A DNA stretch of 64,000 nt from Nitrososphaerota archaeon (GCA_031256395.1 JAIRQQ010000086.1:37420-101419), one strand, 5' to 3'; counted from the stretch's first letter, positions 39,902 through 49,312 are shown. A program made the numbers and translations. Notes: generated by a model not told the origin, from the letters alone.

Positions 39902-40116
39902 CGACCAACCAACCTCTTTACTCTGGTATGGGTTACTGCGGCTCCATAGGGGTATGCTCTAACGCTATAGGGGTCTCTCTGAAAATTAAGAAACGACTCC
40001 AAAGACCGAACAGAATCAAGAACTCTGTTGGTGTGCCTTGCGGTTGCAATAGAGTTTTTCTCGTTAAACCCTACAACCACAGCGAAGAGTTCTAGATACC
40101 CCCTTTCCTCAGTCAT
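39898..40116 (-). pseudogene. 72-aa ORF, possible internally deleted GT2 remnant
   Basis: LELFAVVVGFNEKNSI resembles the GT2 N-terminal LSVVVPAFNE motif; no DxD core; 4-bp overlap with the GT4 start. Confidence 0.35.
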
Positions 40117-40233
40117 GTTTTAACTGACAAGTGGGGTAGTGATAAAAAGTGTTCTGGTCTACATTTCTTGACTAAGTGTAGTCTAGACTTCTTGACTGTT
40201 GACTATGTCAACTTAGTTTACCTGAAAAAGAGG

Positions 40234-41619
40234 TTAGGAGAGTTTTATGTGCATGGCTCGTAGTGCATATGCAGCTGAGGTTTTTAGACCAGATCTGCCA
40301 TAGGTTCCGCCTCGGCGCATCATCTTAAAGATGTAACCTGGGCGAAGGTAGAATTTTTGGTGAGCTTTGTATTTGATTTCGCGGATTTTCTCCATACTTA
40401 GCTCAGGGGTCTCAAAGGTTGGGGTGGCGGTGTCGTATTTGTTAAAGTCAGTGACGCGTAACCAGCCATTTTTGATAACTTCTTCATACATGGGGGTTCC
40501 TGGATAGGGGGTTGCGATGTAGCAGCCGATGTCATCGGGGTTGAGTGAGTTGATAAAGTTGACTGTTTCCCATGCTGTTTCTTCGGTTTCACCTGGGAAG
40601 CCGATGACTGAGCTTGCAATGGTCATCATTCCGGCTTTTTGTGCGAGTTTGAAGGCGTCGCGTACTTGGTCGCGATTAATTTTTTTGTGCATTTTACCCA
40701 AGATTTTTTCTGAACCCGATTCTACGCCAAACCATACTGTTATACAACCTGCATCATGCATTTTTTCAAGTAGTTCTTTGTCAACTGCGTCTACACGGGT
40801 TTCACAGTCCCATTCGACATCGAGTTTCTTTGCTTTGATATCTGCGCACATTGTTAGGGTGTGTTGTCGGTTGATGGTGAAGGCGTCATCGTAGAAGGTA
40901 AATTGGCTCTCGCCGTATTTGTTTTGGAGCATTTCCATCTCGTTTACGACTGTGTGGGGGTTGCGGGTGCGGTATCCGCGGCCAAACATGCGTACTGTGC
41001 TGCAGAAGTCACACCACTGAACACATCCTCGGCTGGTGACTAGGGGGAAGATGGTTTTGCCCATGCGATGAAACGCGTCTATGGGTAACAAGTGATAAGC
41101 GGGGGTGGGCAATGAATCTAGGTCAACAAGGAAGGGTCGGTCTTCGTTACGGGTAATTTTTCCTTCTGTGTTGCGATAAGTTATTCCCAAAACACCTGCA
41201 AAACTCTGTTTGTCTTGTAGGCGTTGAAGTAATTCCATAAATGTGATTTCGCCTTCTCGGCGTACAATCACATCAATCGCGGAACATTCGTTTAGGGCGT
41301 TTTCATCCCAAAACGTAACGTGGCTTCCACCCATCATGGTGATGGCTGTTGGGTGTTCTTCTTTGGCAACTGTTAGAACATCTTTGGCTGAATTGTAGAG
41401 CAACGTTGTTGCAGTTATACCAATAACATCTGGTTTTTCTTTACTGATGCGGTGTTTGAATGTCTCCACAGTTAAACGTTCAGCCTGACAGTCGATAACG
41501 TTAACTTCATGACCTGCTTTCTCAGCCACAGCTCCCAAATATGCAATGCCTAATGGAATAAACGGAGGATGAGCATGTGCATTTGGAGGATAGGGCGGGT
41601 TAATGAGTGTAACCTTCAC
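40234..41619 (-). CDS. B12-binding radical SAM protein (paralog 2)
   Basis: Aligns end to end with 28014..29396; TSRGCVQWCDFC. Confidence 0.93.
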   Translation of the reverse strand: MKVTLINPPYPPNAHAHPPFIPLGIAYLGAVAEKAGHEVNVIDCQAERLTVETFKHRISKEKPDVIGITATTLLYNSAKDVLTVAKEEHPTAITMMGGSHVTFWDENALNECSAIDVIVRREGEITFMELLQRLQDKQSFAGVLGITYRNTEGKITRNEDRPFLVDLDSLPTPAYHLLPIDAFHRMGKTIFPLVTSRGCVQWCDFCSTVRMFGRGYRTRNPHTVVNEMEMLQNKYGESQFTFYDDAFTINRQHTLTMCADIKAKKLDVEWDCETRVDAVDKELLEKMHDAGCITVWFGVESGSEKILGKMHKKINRDQVRDAFKLAQKAGMMTIASSVIGFPGETEETAWETVNFINSLNPDDIGCYIATPYPGTPMYEEVIKNGWLRVTDFNKYDTATPTFETPELSMEKIREIKYKAHQKFYLRPGYIFKMMRRGGTYGRSGLKTSAAYALRAMHIKLS

Positions 41620-42108
41620 GTCTATTACCTTGTAGTAGGTGGATAAACGGCTAAACGAAATATAACGTTTACGTAAACTTGGATTGTATGAGTGTTAGGC
41701 GTATAAGTCGCAGGGATTTTTGGTCTTTCGTTTTGCAGGGTTTGGTCAGTTTATTGACTGATAATGTGCTGGCGGATTAAGTTTGGTTGAATTTTGAGCG
41801 GTTTGTTTGAAGTGCCTGTTAGTTCTATTATGTCTGCAAAGTATGTGCTTGACTTGTGAGAGGTGACAAAGTTAGTCCTACCAACCCAACTGCCGAACGT
41901 GCATCATAGGTTTGTATCTCTGGATTTTAGTATCTTCTTACTTGTTTTATGGTAATCAGGTTACTGTAGTGTCTGTCTTTTTGGGTGTTGCTTTTTTTGC
42001 ACAGATGGTGCGTGTTTTTTCCAAAATTTGTTAGCGATGGGGATGGTTTCTGCGAAGACTTAATAAGGCTGCAAAGTCATGTTTTGGTAAAATTAATGGT
42101 GTATAGAC

Positions 42109-43011
42109 TTGAAATTTGGCGTGTTTCTCTATCAACCTGAGCCTGTTGAAGGCGTCGACTATAACTTTTACCGTCAAAAGTCCGAATCTGGGATTGTCGG
42201 TAAAGTAAACCCACAAATGTACACAAACATCGCGGTATTCGGCGACAACAACATGGCCGCACAGCGTCCTGACTGGGTGTCTGTTAGTAGCTGTGGTCCT
42301 GCATTGCGCACAAACCCACGCTTTAATCTGCGCTGGGACGTTGTTTGCATGACTAACCCTGAAGCCCGTGAATATAACCTCAAAATCATCAAAGAATCTG
42401 CTAAACTCAGTCCCGGTATAAGCATCAGCAGCCAGCACTTTGCAGATCAAGGTTTCTGTACCTGCCCCCGATGCATTGCCGCACAAGCCAAAAGTGGTTT
42501 GAGCTGGGTTGAGTGGCGCGCAAAAACCGTCACTGACTTCCTTGCTGAAGTCAAAGAGATCGTCTCTGGCAAACCCCTCTTTGTCAACTGTTTACCTGAC
42601 CCTATGCTGGGCAAAGAACGCTTTGGTTATGACTTTGAAGCAATGGCCCAATACGCCGACTACTTTGTCATCCCAATGTTTAGCAAAGGCTACCCCACAC
42701 CTTGGTACTGGGAAACCATCGCAAGAGGCTTCAAGAGTGTCCTCAAAAAACCCGTCTTCGTTAACTTTTATGTCCGCGGACCCAACGAAACTTGGGAAAC
42801 TGTCGCACCAACAAACCAAATCATGACAGTTGCCACCCGCGTTGCCCGCCAGGGTGTAGATGGTATCATTTTCCTAGCTGAGAAAGCAGAATACATACAA
42901 AAGTTCCAAAAAGAAGCTGCCGCAGACAAAGAAACACGTGAAGCCCTAAAAGGCCACGGCGGCGACGACGTCTTGGAACTATTTGCCCGCTGGGAAAAAC
43001 TCTACAAATAA
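42109..43011 (+). CDS. Cytoplasmic GH42/GHL-like TIM-barrel protein with a Cys4 site (paralog 1)
   Basis: VCMTNP, HFADQGFCTCPRC, WR...VT.FL, ERFGYDF; no signal peptide. Confidence 0.6.
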   Translation: MKFGVFLYQPEPVEGVDYNFYRQKSESGIVGKVNPQMYTNIAVFGDNNMAAQRPDWVSVSSCGPALRTNPRFNLRWDVVCMTNPEAREYNLKIIKESAKLSPGISISSQHFADQGFCTCPRCIAAQAKSGLSWVEWRAKTVTDFLAEVKEIVSGKPLFVNCLPDPMLGKERFGYDFEAMAQYADYFVIPMFSKGYPTPWYWETIARGFKSVLKKPVFVNFYVRGPNETWETVAPTNQIMTVATRVARQGVDGIIFLAEKAEYIQKFQKEAAADKETREALKGHGGDDVLELFARWEKLYK

Positions 43012-43370
43012 TCCCACCCCTTTCTTCTTTATTCTTTTTTGTTTTAACTTCATTTATTCTGTTTATAGCTGAAAAACTCGCTTTATGTGCAGAACCCTGT
43101 CTGGGGTGCTGTAGGTGTTGTTTGAGTGTTGGACTGAACCTGTTTGTGTATTTAGATTATGGGTCAACTTCGAATTAGTTGAATCAATCGCTAAGTAGGT
43201 AGCCTATATATGTGGGTATTATGTGTTTTTTGGCGCTATATGTTGTGATTTTGATATATTCTATTTAGTGTAATATTTCGGAACTTGGGTTATTCTCTGT
43301 GTTGAAATGTCCTTTAAATGTTATCAAAACTCTGGGAGAATTAGCAATTTATGATAAAACATAAAGTTGC

Positions 43371-45146
43371 TTGGTGAATATAATGAAAGTAAAAACAAAC
43401 CGTTTTATATCAATTGTGTTAGCGCTGTTTCTTGTTGTCGGTTGTTTTGCAGCCCTGTTGCAGACAACAAACGCAGCAGACAATAGTGTCTACACACTCA
43501 CCGCATGGGTAGATGACACTAGATCAACAAACACTATCTATCGCAACGGCGCCTCAGCCCCTGCAATATCCACTCTTATGAAACTAGTCAACGATAACGA
43601 TGGCACCGTAATCTATGCCATGTGCGTAAACCAAACAATCACAACCGACCTCAATATAAAATATCAACTAGTTGATCTAAACAACTATCCCAACCTCACC
43701 CCAACTCAAAAAACCCAAATCTTAACCCTGCTCAACTATATCTCCATCAACTACGGACTTGATACCAAAGAAGGCACAGCACTAGCACAAACCGTCATAT
43801 GGCGCATAATCCACCCCGACATCGACTACATAATTCCCCAGCAAGGCGTCGGCATCACAAAAGAAGACATTGACAACGTATATGCACACATCAACGACCT
43901 ACCCCTAAACTATAACTTCAATGTAGCCATAGAAGGCACAGCCAACAAACCAACCCACAAAGACACCAACTACAGCTACTATGGCCCCTTTAGCGTTACA
44001 TATAACCCCGACCTATCTGACATGGACCACCGATTGTCTGATATGAACTTCGACTTAACTTTCACTCCCACAAAAACCGAGTCAATTTTTACAGATAAAA
44101 CCTACACCGAAATAAACCAAGTAAAACAAGGCATGGACTTTTATGTAGGCGTACCCAACGACACAACCGAAACAACCCTAAGCTTCAACGTAGCAGCCTC
44201 AACCGGTGTCAACCTAATAACGGGCATAAACTTTCTAGTCAGTACCAGCGGCACCAACCAACCCCTAGTCGTCTACCAACCCCTCGTCCAACCCCTTGTC
44301 AACCACGAAACTACCCTCTACCACTACTCCTGCAACGCCAGCTTCACCCTAGCTCCACAAGTACTCAATGGCACACTAACCATCAACACAGAAACTGGCA
44401 CCAAAGTCAACATCAAAGACTCCATAACCGGCGGCTACACCAAAGAAGCCATACCCGATGCAAAAGGCAAATACGACCACGCCACATACAAACACAACCT
44501 CGAAACAGCCCTAGGTAGCAAAGGTAACTGGTTCCAATACAACGAGTTTACCACCGGCACCAGCCAACATTTCGATCTCGTACAAGGTGATAAACTAAAT
44601 CTAGTCGGCGGTTACACAATCACCTATAATCCCGCAACCAACGAATTTACCCTAACCCTAGACGATGCCCTCATAGCAAGCGGTGCACAACTCTCAATTT
44701 CTAACACCATCCAAGCGGCAAAAAACAAAAACGACAAAACCTATAACGTAAACAACATCTGGACCTCCGCCCCCGGCCAGCAACAATTCTCATTCAACGG
44801 TCACTCCTACACCTTTAAAGCAAACTGGGTCAACCCCTCAAAACCCGTCTATATCTACCTACACCTCGACGGCCTCACAGGCTATACAAACACCAACGGC
44901 ACAAACATCGGAGACACATACACAATCAATGTCATCGATAAAGACACCAATACTATCATAGCTTCCAAAACCCTGACAATAACCAGCGGCACAACATCTC
45001 TTCTTGGCTCAGTCACATTTGACAACCTCAAACCAAGCCAATACACAATCGAAGTAGCAGGATCCAAAGGTACCAAACTCTACACGACCGACACCGAAAT
45101 CAAACCAAACGAAACTACAACAATCAAACTCGGTAATCTACAATAA
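43371..45146 (+). CDS. Secreted thioester-domain (class II TED-like) surface protein
   Basis: Signal peptide; YAMCVNQ (C85), AQTVIW (TQxxxW-like), YYGPFSV insert, NQPLV; C-terminal SpaA/CnaB-like beta domain. Confidence 0.7.
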   Translation: MVNIMKVKTNRFISIVLALFLVVGCFAALLQTTNAADNSVYTLTAWVDDTRSTNTIYRNGASAPAISTLMKLVNDNDGTVIYAMCVNQTITTDLNIKYQLVDLNNYPNLTPTQKTQILTLLNYISINYGLDTKEGTALAQTVIWRIIHPDIDYIIPQQGVGITKEDIDNVYAHINDLPLNYNFNVAIEGTANKPTHKDTNYSYYGPFSVTYNPDLSDMDHRLSDMNFDLTFTPTKTESIFTDKTYTEINQVKQGMDFYVGVPNDTTETTLSFNVAASTGVNLITGINFLVSTSGTNQPLVVYQPLVQPLVNHETTLYHYSCNASFTLAPQVLNGTLTINTETGTKVNIKDSITGGYTKEAIPDAKGKYDHATYKHNLETALGSKGNWFQYNEFTTGTSQHFDLVQGDKLNLVGGYTITYNPATNEFTLTLDDALIASGAQLSISNTIQAAKNKNDKTYNVNNIWTSAPGQQQFSFNGHSYTFKANWVNPSKPVYIYLHLDGLTGYTNTNGTNIGDTYTINVIDKDTNTIIASKTLTITSGTTSLLGSVTFDNLKPSQYTIEVAGSKGTKLYTTDTEIKPNETTTIKLGNLQ

Positions 45147-45154
45147 TATCCATC

Positions 45155-45180
45155 GAGGACAAATCGTCCTCTTATTTTTT
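45155..45180 (+). terminator. Hairpin plus T tract after the TED gene
   Basis: gaggac-aaatc-gtcctc followed by ttatttttt. Confidence 0.55.
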
Positions 45181-45259
45181 CTGATTTAAACTATGTAACT
45201 GCTGTTTGCAGCGTTAGCAATCAGTTGCTGATAACACAAAAGAACCAATCACTTGCACA

Positions 45260-46261
45260 CTAGTTGCCTTTGATGATTTGGATTAGTGCCGCTTTTATGA
45301 AGGGCGGCAAATTAATGGAATCATATTTTGGGTTATTGTTGAGTTGTTGGGTTGCAGTGGTCCAATCCTTAAAATCGGTGGGGAGCAAGTTTTTGTTATA
45401 ATCATCATCCATTTTTGCAGCGGCTAAAAGCGCGGCTAGTGCTTGGGGATTGTGCTTTAGCATCTGAGTGAATTTTTCAGTGGTCGTCACCAGATCCTCT
45501 GCTTGAGATATCTCAGAAACTAGTTTTTCAATAGAGAGGCGGCGTTCTTTTAATCTATCGAGCACCGTTCGGTTTGCCCAGATGGGTTCCTGTTTTAGCA
45601 AAGCTTCAGTAACGGCTTTTCGAGTACAATACCCAACGAGTTTACCCAGATTGGACGCAGGACCTCCTAACACTATTTCTTTACCGCTGCTTGTTGAGAC
45701 CACCGTGACCGCATCAGTTATAGAACCAGTGGCTGAGTCACCTGTGTAGTAGCTACGCACATCAAAATCGCGAAGTGCCGCAGATTTGGCCTCCGTTGCA
45801 GTTATAAGCGCAGCAACCATACAACTCTCACTTGGATTGCCATCGATAAAGACTACAATGTTTATAGTCCCCATGATTTCCTCCACAGCCATCTCCTCAC
45901 CGCTGGATTCACCATGTGAACAGCCCGCTGTAGCGGCAACATAAACCGAGTAATCATCTGTTTTTCTACAAACCAAACTATAATTTTGAATCTTGGCTGC
46001 TGTGACCATCGCCAAATAATCCTGAGTAATACCCACCTTTGCGGCTGAAGAAGTTATGAGCTGCATTGGATCCATATGAAGCGAGCGATCACTATACCCT
46101 TCAGGCACTCCTATGTTTAGAACGGCTTTGACTTGTTTGCTCCCGCCATTAAAAATCGCTGAACCAATCGTTTTTAGAGGGGTATTACAAATTACTGCCA
46201 AAACATTTTCTTTAATGAGAAGCCGGGTATCTTTGGCGAGGATGAACTCTTCCACTGACAT
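45260..46261 (-). CDS. cbiZ: Adenosylcobinamide amidohydrolase with degenerate C-terminal CobZ-like region
   Basis: MVTAA, GTINI, ITATEAKSAAL, ATGSITDAV. Confidence 0.85.
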   Translation of the reverse strand: MSVEEFILAKDTRLLIKENVLAVICNTPLKTIGSAIFNGGSKQVKAVLNIGVPEGYSDRSLHMDPMQLITSSAAKVGITQDYLAMVTAAKIQNYSLVCRKTDDYSVYVAATAGCSHGESSGEEMAVEEIMGTINIVVFIDGNPSESCMVAALITATEAKSAALRDFDVRSYYTGDSATGSITDAVTVVSTSSGKEIVLGGPASNLGKLVGYCTRKAVTEALLKQEPIWANRTVLDRLKERRLSIEKLVSEISQAEDLVTTTEKFTQMLKHNPQALAALLAAAKMDDDYNKNLLPTDFKDWTTATQQLNNNPKYDSINLPPFIKAALIQIIKGN

Positions 46262-46271
46262 CCCCTACAGT

Positions 46272-46499
46272 TTAGGGTTTGGTTGAATTTAGGGTAATGG
46301 CTTTGTTTGGGCATAAATTCACACAAACCCCACACTGAGTACATTGCACTACTGTGATAACTTGGGGTTTGCGGTTCTTGCCTTCTTCTAATGCACCCTG
46401 TGGACAGACGCCTATGCAGATTTGCCCCGTACAAGGCGTACACTTGGCCAAATCAATGGTTAGAGGTGAGGTTTGTTGTTTGCCCATGCGAATCAACAA
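46272..46499 (-). CDS. 2x[4Fe-4S] ferredoxin
   Basis: CTPCTGQICIGVCP and CTQCGVCVNLCP. Confidence 0.88.
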   Translation of the reverse strand: MLIRMGKQQTSPLTIDLAKCTPCTGQICIGVCPQGALEEGKNRKPQVITVVQCTQCGVCVNLCPNKAITLNSTKP

Positions 46500-46527
46500 T
46501 TAAATAAGCGCCAAGAATATATCTGTT

Positions 46528-47430
46528 GTGAGCAAGGTATTGGCCATGCAAATAGGGCTAGTTACATACAAACCTGAGCATGTTGAAGGTTACGATCTTC
46601 ATGTTTACTATTCCAAATGGGCTGATGGACAAGCGTTTCCAGCTGCCATAGGGATGCAAAACGATGTCACCGTCTTTTGTGATGCCAAAGCCATACGCGA
46701 GGATCCCTCAATTGTCCAAACCTCCCCAAATGGTGAGGCACTAAGACGCAACCGACGCAACAATTTACCCTTTGACTACATATGCCCCACCCATCCCGGC
46801 TATCGCGCCAAAGTCTATCAATACCTCGACAGCCTCTCCCAACAAGACATATCCGGCGTAACACTCAATCTCTACCACTTTGCCGACCAAGATTTCTGCA
46901 CCTGCCCAAGATGCACCGAGCAGCACCAAAAAAGCGGCCTAGACAAAACTACCTGGCGAGCCCAAACAATAACCAACTTTTTAGCTGAAGCTAAAACCCA
47001 CACCAAGGGCACCTTTGCAGTGGAAATGTTTCCCGATCCAGTGCTAGCCAAGGAACGCTTTGGTATCGATTTTGATGCCATAGCCAAGTTGGTGGATTAC
47101 TTCCATGTTCCGCTTTCCTCACGAGACTACTTTACTAACTACTGGGTCGACACCATTGTACGAGACTTTACAGCCACCCTCAAAAAACCCGTAGTAGTTG
47201 AACTCAGCGCAGAAATGCCCACCGATGAAAAACTCGAAGCCCTCCTAAAAACAGTCGCCTACATCTCCCGCCACAACCTAACCGCAACACTGCTCTTGGT
47301 CCATGACTCTGAAAACGCACGCCAAATCGCACGCTTCGCCGTCCACAACACCAGCTTCCGAGAATGGATAGACAACTACAAATTCACAAAAATGCAAAAA
47401 ATCATAGACAACTGGGCAAAAATCTACTAA
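46528..47430 (+). CDS. Cytoplasmic GH42/GHL-like TIM-barrel protein with a Cys4 site (paralog 2)
   Basis: YICPTHP, HFADQDFCTCPRC, WRAQTITNFL, KERFGIDF; homologous to 42109..43011. Confidence 0.6.
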   Translation: MSKVLAMQIGLVTYKPEHVEGYDLHVYYSKWADGQAFPAAIGMQNDVTVFCDAKAIREDPSIVQTSPNGEALRRNRRNNLPFDYICPTHPGYRAKVYQYLDSLSQQDISGVTLNLYHFADQDFCTCPRCTEQHQKSGLDKTTWRAQTITNFLAEAKTHTKGTFAVEMFPDPVLAKERFGIDFDAIAKLVDYFHVPLSSRDYFTNYWVDTIVRDFTATLKKPVVVELSAEMPTDEKLEALLKTVAYISRHNLTATLLLVHDSENARQIARFAVHNTSFREWIDNYKFTKMQKIIDNWAKIY

Positions 47431-47791
47431 CAACTAAATATTTTCTTCCACAGAAACTAGACAAAAACCTCGTTGTTAGCTGGTTTGTTTATATTTTTCC
47501 TCTCTTAGAGGGTTGCTCGTATATGTTGCTTATTCTGTATGTGAGTGCCTTCTGATGGTTGTTTGTATTGTTCTGCTCTGAGTGATTAAACTGGATTTGT
47601 TGACTGCTGATGGAGTTTATCAGATTTTGTTTTTGGGTGCTATTTTTGTATTGCATCTGATTATTTTAGTATAATCTGTTGCTGAAAATCTGAACAAGAT
47701 ACTGATAGTTTTCAGAATAAAGTTAGCTTTATAAGTGATAGTGCTTAAAAGGTGTTGAAAGCAACTGGAATTTATAGTTGGGGGTAAATAA

Positions 47792-49096
47792 ATGAATAAA
47801 ATATCATAAAAACTTCTCGCTATAATTCTCCTTAGTGTTCTTATATGTTCTTTTTTTGGTTGTGCATTTATGGTCCCTGGTACATATGCGACTGAATTAA
47901 CTGCCACTCAAAAAAGCCTAAATATCTTACATGAAGTATTTGGCATCAACTTGGAAGAATATACAATCACAACCCATGAAACCAATCCCGAGTTCCCTTG
48001 GCTTGGAGATAATATTGAGGATGTATCCTGTCTTCTCATATCTGGGGAAAGAAAACTTTTCATAAACTTTTTCTTTACAAACGGCAATCTACAAAACCTG
48101 TACGTGTTTGAAAATAACGGTGTGTCTGAGTTAAAACTAGCTGCAAACAATATCGCAAGTGCCCACGCTTTCCTCGAGACATATGAGCAATACTCCTCAA
48201 AGCCTCTCTTTGGCGAATTGAGCGTCTCCCTAAACAATATAGTTGCAAACAAAAATGAAACAATACAACTCGACGATAAAATACTTGAAGTAACAGTGTA
48301 TGGTAATGACGAACTTGTGTTGCGCTGGTGCTATTCTGTATATGGTGCAACATCATACTATAACAAGGTTGTAGCGCTAAGTTTCACAAATGGCACTTTG
48401 ATGACTTTCACCAATAAATGGGATCTCTACCCCATCGGTAGCACAGAAGTTAATCTTACTAAAGAGCAGGCAATAGAGATAGCTCTGGAAGCCGTTAAAA
48501 ATAACAACTGGACCATGACACTAAACGATGACGTTTTTGATCCCGCACGATTTAATGCCCTGCGAAGTATTTCTTGGGTATCCATAGGTTTTGTCGACTC
48601 ACGAGAAGCAGATAACCCCCGACCCGGTAATGAGTTAACACTTTATCCTGTCTGGCAAATCGGCGTTGTTTTTAACGAGTTCTTTGGATATCTCTATGGC
48701 GCAGAAGTAGACATCTGGGCAGACACCCAAGAAATCAGAAGCATAAAAGAAGAACACAGCTATTTCGCCGCTTGGCTCAAAGACAACCCACCAAATCCCG
48801 ATCCCAGCCCAACTCCAAGTCCCACTTCTAGTAGTTCTGTTTCTAGTGGTTCTAGTAGTTCTGTTTCTAGTGGTTCGCGTTCTGAGAGTGGTGGTGTTAA
48901 GCCCGATGTGCTTGAGGCAGAGCCTGTTTTGGATGGTGAACTGGTTGGTGTGGAGAGTTATGATGCGGAGGATACTGACGGTGCTGGTGTCGAGGTGCCC
49001 TTAGTTGCTATAGGTTTTGCAGTTCTGACCGTAGTTATTGTTTTGGTTGTCTGTCTGTTTTTTGTTTCAAAAAGAGGTAGTGCTGTTAAAAACTGA
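47792..49096 (+). pseudogene. Secreted, TM-anchored hypothetical protein with an in-frame TAA in its signal peptide
   Basis: ATG 47792 reads MNKIS*KLLAIILLSVLICS... in frame with the 47870 ORF; paralog of 61259..62242. Confidence 0.55.
48826..48873 (+). repeat. 24-bp tandem duplication encoding a Ser/Gly linker
   Basis: ttctagtagttctgtttctagtgg x2. Confidence 0.9.
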
Positions 49097-49312
49097 CTAC
49101 AAGTTGTATCCCATGTTTTGGAGGTTGATGTTGACGTCAGGGCTTGAACTTAACCACCTGCCTAACTGGTTCATAGTGGAGACTGTTGAGTATTTGTAGC
49201 TCAAAAAATTCAGAGATCTGAATTCAAATTAGTCGTTCTCCCGGATTATGATGTTTTATTTTTGGACGAATTATATATACTGCTCTAAGCACTATTGAGT
49301 GGTGAAGCATCA

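Noticed and set aside
21326-41700. Genomic island integrated at tRNA-Arg carrying the GT-C locus
   Set aside because: No integrase or transposase, and no duplicated tRNA 3' end (attR) was seen in the window.
41620-42108. Cobalamin riboswitch, small ORF or rSAM precursor peptide in the long intergenic region
   Set aside because: No B12-box was seen, and the frames I translated are short and lack an SD or any motif.
47807-47809. Pyrrolysine or selenocysteine readthrough
   Set aside because: The stop is TAA, not TAG/TGA, and no pyl or sel genes are in the window.
49125-49205. 23-aa ORF (MLTSGLELNHLPNWFIVETVEYL) after a GGAGG
   Set aside because: Too short and has no motif; cannot be distinguished from chance.
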